20,000 nt of DNA from Ancylonema sp. (Eukaryota), in the NCBI GenBank assembly GCA_050230475.1, contig JBFLGF010000128.1, forward strand, positions 51,039 through 71,038, in the 5' to 3' direction. Numbering within the stretch: the stretch's first letter is position 1; every line of letters starts with the position of its first letter. This document shows positions 1 to 10,836 of the stretch, piece by piece. A program made the translations under genes and the position numbers. The notes below the pieces were generated by a model, which was not told where the DNA came from, searched no databases, and was given only the letters and a program-made list of their open reading frames with translations.

Positions 1-1240
1 CAACAATGTTCACAATCGGGGGTTGCACATCACTGGCAAGCACTGGTGTCGGGAAATGGCCTCGTTCTAAAATGTATGCAAGTTGACATCCAATGGTTTC
101 ACCAAGCAAGCAAGCCTCGAGAAGGCGGGTTGGCATGTGGTTCTACCACACAAGGGTTGATCGGCGGTTGTTGGAGTTGACCACGGTTGCCTCGATGACG
201 GCTGAGTGTCTAAGGAAAGTGGTAACCAAAGGGTACATCTCTGCTACCCAGGGTGGTGAATCCAAAAACCGGTAGGTGAAAAGAATGTAACGAGGAGGGT
301 GATCCTGAATGTTTGAGAGGTTTTGCAAAACCTTGAGCAGCGCCAGGAAAGGGTACACACGGTGATCGAAACCCCCCCTAAGTGGACGAAAAGTGACCTC
401 CGTTTCCCTGTTCCAATTCCCCCCCACAATGTCGATTTGGCCTCGCTCGTTGAGGAGGTGCCGGAAGGCAGGTTCTGCCGTTTCCTCGATGATGTTGCTC
501 CCCAAACGACTGCAACAACCTGCGAGTGCGTTGTCGGGGAGTTGTCCGGAGAATTTTCGTTGAGCTTTTTGCAAGGCGAAGTACACGGCTTGTTCGTCCG
601 CCTTGCTCTCCACCTGCGTCGTGTAAGTCCCCACAAAGTCGCCGCATTCCAAGTGGAGGTAGAGGATGCTAATGTTGGATCCCCCAAATGGTCCGTAGAT
701 GTGCACGCCTTTGCTGAGGATGGACGGGTGAAGGGGTGCGATGCCGGCTGGCATGGGTTTTTCTCCTTGAAACTTGCGTCCGCTCCAATGAAGCTTGGGT
801 GGAGAAAGGGTGAAGTCCTGCATGATCTTGTGGTTTCCCAAACGCAACAATCGTTGACCCATGATGAGTTGCTCCTCGCGGATGGTGGCGACAACATTCA
901 CGCTACGGGGTGTGTAGATTCTCCGAGTGTCCTCGGCTAGTTGCTGGGGTGAAAATGTTGCAGGCAATACCCGTTGGGTGATGAGGTAAGGATATCCAGG
1001 CACGATGAGATGCTGATCTCTGGGGTTCCAGAATGGACACTTCTGACGGTAGCGAGCCCGATGCCTGGCGAGGTCGTCACCATCACGGGAGTCACGCAAG
1101 TTGTCGTAGTCACGGAGTGCCAAATGGCGTTGTGCAGCCGTCGCCATAGCGTTGACTGCTGCCTGGTCTTGGGCAAACTGGGTTGCATTGTGCTGTGGGG
1201 AAGGGATGGGAAGGAGAGGGAGTACTGAAGTTTGTGCCAC
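1..1240 (-). pseudogene. Retrotransposon-encoded DNA (cytosine-5) methyltransferase-like domain with degenerate catalytic motifs; premature TAG at 143-145, frame continues to the window edge
   Basis: The 365-aa ORF has correctly ordered motif-like blocks: GVHIYGPFGGS (motif I-like, ~677-709), FSGQLPDNALAGCCSRL, GQIDIVGGNWNRE (motif IV position, ~404-442), GFDHRVYPFLALLKVL (motif V-like), PPRYILFT (motif VI position) and VIEATVVNSNNRRSTLVW*N (motif VIII-like). After the stop the frame reads NHMPTRLLEACLLGETIGCQLAYILERGHFPTPVLASDVQPPIVNIV. Confidence 0.7.
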
Positions 1241-1271
1241 TCATGAGACCCACGACACTCCGGCGATCTAC

Positions 1272-3032
1272 ATGGCGCGCAAGAAGCAGTTTGCGCATCC
1301 TCCTGGCTCCAACCGTCAAGGACTTCGGAGTCAGCATACTACACCGACAGCAACAAAGGACGAGTGCGTCTTCAATGACGACGACGTCACTGTGGTTCCC
1401 ACCGTCGATCCTACACCACTCCCTCCGGTGGATCCTTCAGCACCTGATCACATGGAGTTGACCATTCCAGCACCCTTGGTCACCACCATTGCTGCACCCC
1501 TGTCACCACCTCCTGGCGCGGGACCCAACTTCATTACCCCGGTGTCATCTCTAGCACCTCGTTTCTCACCCTTGACTTCACCTATCTCGGAGTACAATGG
1601 ACCACCTCGCTCTACCCTTAGTCGAGAGTTCGATTCATACTTTCGAGACACTCCCTAGAAACCACGTTCATCGACAGGTAAACATTGCACGGCAAATCGT
1701 ACCACCTCAGTGAAACACGGATATTCACCACAGACTTTGAGTGCAGGTCGTTCTCTTCGCTCACCCGTGTTCCCGACATCACCATTGCATGCGGCGATAG
1801 CATCCTCACAACCAAAGGGTAAGTAATCATCCAAATGCATTCCTTTGCAATAAACCATCGATGACACGATAATGGCACCATTTGCAGAAATTGCTGCACC
1901 TCCCACTGCATCGATGCAACCACCTTCGCCACCCGTTACCACCACACCATCGACAGTCGGAGGTACACATTTACCACCCGTCGATGAATCGCAAACAAGG
2001 CCAGCACCAATGTACATGTACTTATCTGCTAATGTCGAGGCAAATTCGGTACCCCGCGACACGGTGCGATCGAAATTTGAGGAGGGACCATTACAAGCAC
2101 CCTTGTCATCTCAGAACCTTGGCAAAGGACAGCAGACAAACCATCGACAAGAGCAGCTGTAACTTGACCTGCTTAACCTCATGGCATTGGCTGACCACCT
2201 CCACATAGATCGATACGTCGACACCATGCTGCAATAGTTCAACCCAGACATCCAGCTCACCCCGATTGAGCAACTCTACATCATCCTCACCCGTCCATTT
2301 CATGAGCCTCACCACGTGACCCCGCCATCGATCGAAGCCATTCGGACTCAGGCTACCTCGGATCGAGTGAAGAGGGAGAAAGTGGACAAAGATAAGCTCA
2401 CCGCTAAACTTCGTGCTTTACTTCGGCAAGAGTGGGAAGCAGAACGGGAAGCCGATCGCATGCAAGCTGCCGAAGACACTACGGCAGTGGACGAACCAAC
2501 GGTCGACAACGTGGACGCAGAGTTGCTAGCGGGCCGTCAACGCGAAATCGACAACCTGGCTGACGATATGCAACAAGCCAACCACACCATCTTCAACCAG
2601 GGTGCAGCATTGCGGGCAAAGGGAGATGCCATCGCAGTCTACCAAGCGGAGAAGAAGAAGGGCAAAGAAAAATCGGACCCTGTCGTGAAGCTGGAACTTT
2701 CGGACTCTGACTCCGACGACAACATGAAGAATGTTCCACCTCCGGTATACAAGCATCAAACCACGGTCACCATCGGAGAGCGCAAACCAGTCCGGAGTCC
2801 ACGCGCGGAGTTGCAGCGTCCTATACATCGACAAAGGACGACTCCCCCTCAGCCCAAACTCCACCGACGCCCCAGCCCATTCCAGTGTACCAGACTGTTC
2901 CTCGGCGTCCCCCGCCATCGACACTCCCCACGGAACGCTTGCCAAACAATGTCCTCCCCTCCGGAAGTCTGGTCGATACATGTATGTTTCGGTCCACGAA
3001 TCAGGATATCCTCCCATCGGGCAAATAAATGA
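1272..3032 (+). pseudogene. Long antisense ORF of unknown function inside the retroelement (Pro/Ser/Thr-rich N-half, helical/coiled-coil C-half), interrupted by 5 in-frame stops
   Basis: ORFs 1152-1658, 1872-2162 and 2316-3032 share one frame. From ATG 1272 (MARKKQFAHP) the only interruptions are TAG 1656, TAA 1824, TAA 1851, TAA 2160 and TAG 2235, with no frameshift. Confidence 0.65.
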
Positions 3033-3977
3033 GTTGCCAAGGATGATGTCGAACTCCGTCGATGGTGACAGATGGAGGTGAAGATGCACAGTGCAAGGGT
3101 GAGCAGTGCCTTCCCCAACGGTGATGGGAATCTTCTCCTTGGTACTCCCCAAACTCGTCTCTATCTTTCCTGACGCCGTGATATATGGTGCTCCGGGGTG
3201 CAGGTCAGCGGGTGAGAGTTAAAGGAGTTTGGTGAGGTTGGCGCCAATCATGGTTTCTTTGGCACCAGTGTCTAATACATTCTCCACGGGTTTCACATCG
3301 CCTACGAGGAGAACACCTCGTCGGCTAGGCAACATGGTGATGCCGTAATGCTTCGCCAGCCGGTTGTGGTGAGCAGGTAGACGGGCTGAAATATGAAAGA
3401 AGACGGGGTTGGTGGTACGGGCGTTTGCAGGGTCTTGCATGAAGTGCACCTGATCGGCTGCCTCCTGGAGTGCTGACTCCGTTCCCTAAACCATGGCGCG
3501 TTGTTGCATCAAAATTTCATGAAGACGATCATGGTGAATCTGAGCTTTAGCCAAGGGTAAGGGTGGTGGCACATCTGAATCATTCATGTGCTGCAGACTG
3601 GTAGTACCTGGTTCCACTTGCAAAGGAAAATGTGGTTCGAAAGAATCAGGCATTTTGGTGTTGTATCCCTGTCGTCGACCCATAGTCTTCTCCTTCTCTA
3701 GCAACGGTTTCCAACAATGTTTCAGAGTGAGGAGTGGGGTACTCCCTCGTTCTGACTGAGCATCTTGGTAAATTGGAGTGTCTCGTTCTCTAGTGGGTGA
3801 AGGAGACCGTTCCTTAGTCTGCTGTTCTTCACCGTCACTAGGTGAGCCCTGGTTTGCCGAATGCATAGGTGTGCTGACATCGACAACGACTCTAGCACTC
3901 TTTTTCCTTCGTGCCTTTCTCTGTCCTTCGTTGTCTACAATGGCTGCAACTCTGGGTGAGCGACGTGGTGCCATCAT
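2930..3977 (-). pseudogene. Gag-pol linker and retropepsin-like aspartic protease, interrupted by stops at 3486-3488 and 3219-3221
   Basis: ORFs 3486-3977, 3219-3449 and 2526-3152 are in one frame and join to give VENVLDTGAKETMIG (DTG at 3264-3272), YITASG and TEFDIILGNSFICPMGG (3036-3050). The left boundary is approximate. Confidence 0.85.
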
Positions 3978-3993
3978 ATAATGAGCTGGGAGA

Positions 3994-5290
3994 TCAGGGA
4001 AAGTACCTTGTGTGTCTCACTAGGGGTGAGATTGGTGTTTTCTTTCGCCTTGGTTTCTCAAGGTAGGCCAGAGATGAGGTGATGGGACGATGCATGTACG
4101 AAGTTGGTGGCTCACGGCTATTCCACTCGGTTATGGTTGCACCTGCACGGGGTGAAGCATCAACATGAATGGTGAGATTTTGACTGGCTCGCTTGGCTTT
4201 CTTGCATTGTGCAACGGTGTGGTTAACCTCCCCACAGTGTGAGTAGTGAGCCCCTTGTATGTAGTCACACTCTCCGTATTGCCGTGTCCGTGGTAACTTC
4301 TTTTGATTCTCTGGTGACTGTCCGTAATTGCCACCCTTAAATGGTACCATGCCGTAGCTGACGATGGTGAAGGGTTAGGGCGTGTCGACGAAAATGGTGA
4401 ATTTGTCACCGGTTTATCTTTCCGGGGTGAGGGTTATTTTCTAGAGTAGTGTCCCTGCTGGTGACAGTTGTAACACTCAATCGGCTTGTCAGGTCGAGAT
4501 CGCGGGAGATCTCCGGAAAAACTGACGTGACGCAGGGAAGTGGATGGAGTCCCTTGGTTAAGCTTGAGCGCGCCAAATGTCGACGGGAGCTGAGGTCCCA
4601 CCTCTGTTGCTGCTCGATACTCAGAGCCAACTTTGGTGAGGGTGAGTTCAAACCTATCAGCTTTAAACATGAGATCCTTGACGGAGATAGGTGGTGTCGG
4701 CGTCGTCTCATATAATTTCTTCTCGGTTTCCTGGATATACCAAAATCCAAGTAGAGGCGAAATTGAGTTTTGCAGAATTGAGTGAGTTCTCTAGGTTCAG
4801 GTCGAGGAAGAGGCGTTGGTCGAACCATAGGTGTGGCTAGGAATCTTCCTTGTGTTCTCCAACAGTACATTACAGAGTTCTTCTCACGATGGGTGTCACG
4901 AGCTGTCATAAGGGTTACGTCACCAAGATTGTCTTTTCTAAATTTCATCCAGACATCATGTGCAATACCCATGGTGAACCTGCATACTCGATGGTGTCCC
5001 ACTGAACATGCCCGTTCCGTTCGTTAGAAGTTTTGTATATAAAATACGACCACAAAGCATCCACAAATTCTTCCTGTTTGTCACGGACCTCGCCAGAATA
5101 CAAATGTACTTTTTGTTCAGACATGTCGTCGATACTATCGTCAAAAATACTTTCCGAGGTGACAATAAAGGGTATTGTCGGAACCACAACAACGGGTGTT
5201 GTGCCTGTCATAACCTCTGCTGAAGGTCCACCTAGTTGAAGAACAGGTTCTTCGTCAAATAGAATGATTGGTAAGATTGTTTCGAGGTGA
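3994..5290 (-). pseudogene. Frameshifted retrotransposon gag with two zinc-knuckle relics
   Basis: ECYNCHQQGHYSRK* (4434-4478, last Cys position is a stop) and YSHCGEVNHTVAQC (~4205-4246, first Cys is Tyr). The upstream blocks LYSGEVRDKQEEFVDALWSYF and GIAHDVW resemble capsid N-terminal motifs. The pieces lie in three different frames and the boundaries are approximate. Confidence 0.7.
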
Positions 5291-5550
5291 CGGAGGTTGT
5301 TGTCTGACTCTGAATGTTCTAAATTCGCCAGAGTAGAATTCAAATGACTGTCGGGTGAAACCTTGATCGAACGGTTGGATTGGTCTCTTGTCCACTGCAT
5401 ACACTAGAATGCCAAAATCTAGTACGCCGGTGAGATAATCCATAATTTGTTTCTTTGGTTGCGGTCGATTTGAATCGACAATAACTACTATGCCAGTATT
5501 CGTATGGTATATGTCCAAAGCCAGGGTGCTGAGAATAACCAAGGGTGACA

Positions 5551-6864
5551 GGTCACGGGGTCGGTTTTTTTTTTTTCCTGGTTTCGTACCTGTCGAAAAC
5601 TGCAGACCTCGATGCGAAGAAGCTCTTCCGCTGGCCAGTTTAGAGTAGATTGGTGTGGGTTGAATCCCTACTGACCACACAAGAATGTAATTCAAGCACG
5701 GTATGTGACTTATCAACGAAGTTTGCTATAGCTACTACTCGCCGAAAGCTGAGATGCACTCAACGCTTAGTGGTGGGAGGTCTAGAAACAACACTAAGGT
5801 TAATCAGGCGTTGGAGGTTATCGTACTTCACAACAGGTGCAGCTACGAGTAAAGAGAACGCAAGGCAAATAGCTATAGAATTTATACAAGGGTGCAGAAT
5901 GAATGATAGTTGGTTGCGACGGGATGCGCACTCACTATTGGTTTCAGGAATCAAACGTTGTCCGTGAATAAAACGATTCACTAGATCTGGAACGGGTGCA
6001 GGCAATTCAAAGGGTGAATTGTCTGACTGAGCTCGCACAAAACGGTGCAGCTAATTGTAACGATTTCTCACGTCAGCAAAACGGCTGACAATCAACGACT
6101 TGCAAGGGTCACGATTTTGCAAGGGTAACGATAATTCTGACCACGGGAGAATTTCACACGATGCGTATGCAAAACGGCACACGACTTTTTATACTACTTG
6201 AGATGCGACAGCACGCACAAGCAAACAGGCAATTTCGCAGAACTTACGGCTGGATGGTGCGACGCGAAGTTTGCTGAAATTCACAGGGAATATCAAAGGC
6301 GAAACGGCACACTTGATAACGATTGTTGACGATTGCAGAATACACGAATTCACAGAGATTTCAAAGATGGCGATTGCAAAAAGTTGTTGAAATTCAGACA
6401 GCGTAAACTGAGAGCGGAAGGTGGCAGTTCAGAAAGCGACTTAGGCTTTAGTACAATCGACGCGCCGTTTCACACGCGCGGAACTAGATCTTATCTTGTC
6501 TATGGTAGAAAAACAAATATCGACTAGACAGCTAATCGTGACTGTCTATTCTAGAGTTCTATATTTAACACGTGCGGCGGTTCAAGCCAGGCTGGCTGAC
6601 TGAGATAAAGCTCGGCGCAGTCTGGGAATCTACTCGTCGATACGAAAAAATACTCCGAATTAAAATCTAAAAAGTGGTACACCGACTTTTCTAGATTGAT
6701 TGAGTATATAAAAAAAAAAAAACAAACGTCTGACTGATTGAAACTCATATAACGACAGAGTTCAATACAAAGACTAAAAATCGACAATTACCAAAATTGC
6801 TATTTTTCAAGCGGATCGACAATTAAAAAGACTTTACTTTCTAACGATCTCTAACGGCATGACA
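5551..6864 (-). repeat. Putative 5' LTR (~1.3 kb)
   Basis: Non-coding block directly upstream of gag. On the minus strand it starts TGTCATGCC (6864) and ends CCCCGTGACC (5551), one mismatch from a TGTCA...TGACA terminal inverted repeat. A minus-strand TATAAAA lies at 6187-6193. The partner LTR is not in the window. Confidence 0.45.
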
Positions 6865-7909
6865 GTATGACACCGAGCAAGTGGAGGCGCTGTCCATGGA
6901 AAACCTTTCAGGAGGCCTTGCGAGGTGGCGAGCGGCGAAAGTATTTTTTCAGATCTTCGGTACATTCGCAATACTTTCATCCCAACTTTTAGATATTTAA
7001 ATATTGAGATTTGATTTCTGGATTTCTTCGCAGCTGCAATATGAAGTATCGATGTAAGTAGAAATTGGTGGCGAAATGAGTCCGAAACATTGACAACGAT
7101 GTGGTGTGGTTATCTTTTATCCTCGTGTACGCACTTTTGGCATCCAACCGCTATTTATCTGCAAGATCATTCAAAGATCATGCTATTTAACCAGCCAGCC
7201 ACTCCGTACGGGGACATCAAGATCATGCATGGCCAATATCGTTGAGATTATTTGAATTACAGCATCGCACAATTCTTATTCAATGTGACGTATAAGGAGC
7301 CCTCTATTCCCTTAATCGAGTAGAGACTTTGCTATTCTTTGCACGTGTGCAAAGGGCCACATTTTTTTTGTTTTTGTTTTGTTTATATATTTTAGTTTTC
7401 ATTTTTTATTTCAAGGATTTCCTCATCACGTTGGCACCACCTAGTCGTCCAGGACAATGAAGTTTATTTAAGTAGATTATTTGGTGTTGCGGCCTGTATT
7501 GTTGCCTTGAGACACATATGATTTGGATCAGAAACACTCGAATGGCTGGAGGTAGGAGGACACAAGTACAACGGCCAATCGTTAGATAGTGAACAATCAG
7601 ATAGAATGATGGCGCAAGAAGGCTCTTCCTGGTATCACAAGAAAATTTGGAGCACAAGGACACATGTTCAGGTGGATAGAAACCAAAAATTGATATGCAA
7701 GTGCTGACATCAGTACTTTTTGAGAAGTTGGATCACGACATGATTGTCCTCATTGAAATAATTTCACCGACATTTGAGAACATAATGTGGGATGACCACA
7801 TTTCAATCCGTCATATGTGCCAACTTTTATGTGGCATTTGAGAAGAATGGTGGACCACAACTGAATATAGACAAAGTTGTATGGGGCAATGGAGTCGAGA
7901 AAAGTTAGA

Positions 7910-8040
7910 TATAGTGGTCCCTGGATATAACGACCCTCTTTAGAAGGACAAACTCGGTATAACGACAATTTTTTTGAGTTTTTTTATAATCAATATGAAA
8001 TCGCCCGCGCTATAAGCATAACGACACTCTATACAAAGAC
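7910..8040 (+). mobile_element. One-ended pogo/Tc1-mariner-like DNA transposon relic
   Basis: TA-TAGTGGTCCCTGGATATAACGAC followed by the related sub-terminal copies CTCGGTATAACGAC and CATAACGACACTCTATACAAAGAC. The core is the same as in the 9012-9078 element. Confidence 0.45.
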
Positions 8041-9011
8041 AAATTATTTGAGAAATTGTTACTGAATGTCTTTATATTGTAACGGAGTGACGTGCGCGTT
8101 ATCTCTAATAATCCACAATTGAACTAATTGTCGATTGTGCTTATAAGCGAGGTTGATTATTATGGGTCGCCGGTCCGAGGCCAACGCCCCTAATTTGAGT
8201 ATTATTAATACTGGCGCTAGCTTGCGCCAATCAATACTTGTACGAATATTGAACCGCCACTTCGACGGGTCGAAGTACCAATCCACACGTACGGTGTAAC
8301 CGTGCCGGACGAACTTACATTGACGTATAGTCAGCGGTCAACGCGAGGCTAGGAGCCCGCCTCGACGAATACAACTCGGAGTTGTCAAGCGGCGTGGGCA
8401 ACTGCTCTTAGTTGAGGGGTGTCACGTCCTCAACTGATATGATTCTGAGCTCGGTTCATCCGAGGACTCTCACCTTAGTATACTCACGCCGAGGTTGCGA
8501 AGCATGGACAACGAGTTGTGGAGAATAAGCTTCTGTTGGTGTAGACCTCGGACACAGCGTGAGAAAACGTTCGAGTCGTTTGTATATTCACCTTATGAAA
8601 ACAACAAGTGTATTGCCCGTGGGGTGGTACCTTTCATATATTGTGTATATAATGCTATTGCTCGTAGATAACGATGTATGGAAATCGAGAAAAATCTAAA
8701 AACCTCATGAACGACACCCCAAATTCTCTACAACGTGTTCGAGTTGTTCGACATGTCATATCAAGAGAACGCCACTTCTGTCCTCCTCGGATGGTCCAGA
8801 ACTAACTATTTTGTTCATCCGCATGTATTGGTATCATGACGCACTTGTATAGCTCGTACATCAACACACACGCTGCATTGAATAATCATGCCAAGGCAAC
8901 TTACTCTAGGAAACACATGATAAACACATTTGCTTTTTTACTATTCTTCATTCGCGAAGTCCCTCGATACAAGGACACAAATTTCATATTCTAGTAGTAA
9001 TTGTCCATGTA

Positions 9012-9078
9012 CAGTGTCCCTCGATATAAGGATATTTTTTCGGATTTTGTTTTTGGTCGTTTTATCGAGGGAGCACCG
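9012..9078. mobile_element. 67-bp MITE with ~20-bp terminal inverted repeats and TA flanks (pogo/Tc1-mariner-like)
   Basis: Left end TA|CAGTGTCCCTCGATATAAG; right end reverse-complemented TA|CGGTGCTCCCTCGATAAAAC. An extra partial copy GTCCCTCGATACAAGGA lies at ~8959-8975. Confidence 0.65.
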
Positions 9079-9419
9079 TAGGGCAGTGAAGTTGGAGGCA
9101 TATTAAAGTTCGTATACCAATACTACATATATCAGGAGACTAATAGCAATTGTCGTTGAGCGAGATAACATACGACAACTCACATGTATTTTAGCTCTTG
9201 CTATCAACATGTTGGATACAACAGTACACCCATGCACATGTCTGCTCAATACCCATCTGCTACGACAGTATGCGTACGAACTTTACTGGTGTAGAAACTC
9301 AAGGGCCCGAACTTTAACTCATAAATAGTCTAATATCTAAGAGTTTGAACTTCAAACTTTGAAGTAGCAATGTCTTTGAAGTAGTCCGCCTGTCGCCCGC
9401 TTCATGTGATTTTGGAATC

Positions 9420-10090
9420 TATGATCGGAAGCCGATCTGGATTTGATCCGGGTCAGGCTGGATCCGGATCGGATCAGGGTCGGGGCCCCGCATATTCACA
9501 AACCACGAAATGAAAACAATTATATGAAACGTTGAATCCGTCTCTTCTCGTAGATAATACCTACTACGAAGTCCGTAATGGTGAACTCTTACTCTTAAAA
9601 GAAGGTCGTCACCATCGTTGTGCCTGATCCGATTAGAGAATCTCCGATCGGGCAGTGATCCGGATCGGCTCCGGTATTGATCCGATTCGGATCGGGGCGC
9701 CGATTAATTGGTGAAACTGGATGAAAATAAAGCTTCATGTGCACCAATCGTTTCGCAAAACCCCAAATAAAGTCAGATCGGGGGTCGTCCGTAATGACCA
9801 GAATCGACAGTTTGTTCGAGATCGCGATTTACAATAAATGATATACACCACCGGTGCGTGCTGGTTCCAAAGAAGTATTGGCAGGCCTCGCCTCGTTCTT
9901 TTCATTTGTTTATAGTGGGGCCGATCCGGATCGGGGCAGGAGGGATCCGGGATTGGGATCAGGACCAACTATGGTATGTTTTGACCAAGAGATTTAGAAC
10001 AACTCACCTTGAAGCAAATTCCCTAAGGATTCAATTGTCAACAATTAGAGAATTTCGGACGCAGTCCGGAAACAACCGGATCCGCTTTAG
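9420..10090. repeat. Clusters of GATCCG/CGGATC short repeats, possibly sub-terminal repeats of a decayed non-autonomous DNA transposon (hAT-like)
   Basis: Dense GATCCG/GATCGG/GGATCC motifs at ~9423-9490, 9625-9700 and 9920-9965, with sparser copies near 9775-9825 and 10077-10085. No TIR or TSD was confirmed. Confidence 0.4.
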
Positions 10091-10836
10091 GGTTGTAAAT
10101 TTGACGTAACCTCGGTCTCGACCTTAACTACAACATACATACACATGAGGTAAATATAATTGTACCGTTCACACCCCAATGGTTGTGTGTATGACGTAAT
10201 ATAAAGTTTGACCCCGCAATTACAACTCAATGACAACGTTAGTTGTGCCATACATTTTAGTTGCAAATATATTGTTCAACACTCAATCACAGGGGCATTT
10301 GGCTAGACACCGAAAACATATTCGAAACCTTTGATTGCCAATTTATGGTATTTAGAGAAGAGTACATGTTCCCCCCCCCCCTCTTCTAAGCTGGCTGTGA
10401 ACGGCCGCAAAATTTCCGTACACATTCTGGATCCATCCGTTATGAGTTTTGATGTCAAATCACGACCCAGATATGCCTTCAAGTGATACAAAACTAGTGA
10501 ATGTGTTACAACAACAACACACAACAAGATCGATATCAATCCCACGCACGCATATGCGTGAAACACACCCACCCCCTACCGCCTACAAGTAACAAACCAC
10601 ACACTCCCGAGAATCACACAAAATAGAAATTAGAGCCTCATCCGACCTACTCTTGATGTATCAAAACTCACACCCACTCTCGCTCATGTTCCGGGCTTGG
10701 CGGAAGGACGATTGGTCAACCAATTAAACCGAAGAAAAATGTAGCCCCAAATGAGAAGCTCCCCCCCTGCGCTACACGTTTGTACAAGAAGCAACAAGGG
10801 GGCCACGTCCTCCTTCCATGTATTTGTGTGTACATC

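Larger units (their letters stand above)
1..6864 (-). mobile_element. Degenerate Ty3/Gypsy-like LTR retrotransposon (5' LTR - gag - protease - DNMT-like domain); RT/RNase H/integrase expected beyond the left edge
   Basis: Minus-strand order of gag-like sequence, two CX2CX4HX4C knuckle relics, retropepsin motifs (LDTGA...DIILG) and a C5-MTase-like domain. The putative LTR begins TGTCATG at 6864. There are multiple stops and frameshifts. No RT lies in the window, so the Gypsy assignment is inferred from architecture. Confidence 0.8.

Noticed and set aside
323..940. 205-aa plus-strand ORF and 217-aa alternative minus-frame ORF (244-897)
   Set aside because: Shadows of the DNMT-like frame with no recognisable motifs.
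6100..6132. CAAGGGT(C/A)AC repeats in the LTR resembling the post-LTR sequence, considered as a Tf1-type self-priming signal
   Set aside because: They are in direct, not complementary, orientation to the putative PBS region.
6865..6960. Short peptide LARWRAAK reminiscent of a hAT transposase C-terminus
   Set aside because: Too short, and it needs a frameshift to extend; unsupported without a search.
7500..7910. Purine-rich stretch that looks like decayed coding sequence
   Set aside because: Stops in all three plus frames and no identifiable motif.
8058..8640. Possible solo-LTR or other repeat relic (TGTAAC/TGTCAC words, small hairpin at 8411-8434)
   Set aside because: No matching termini or TSD could be defined.
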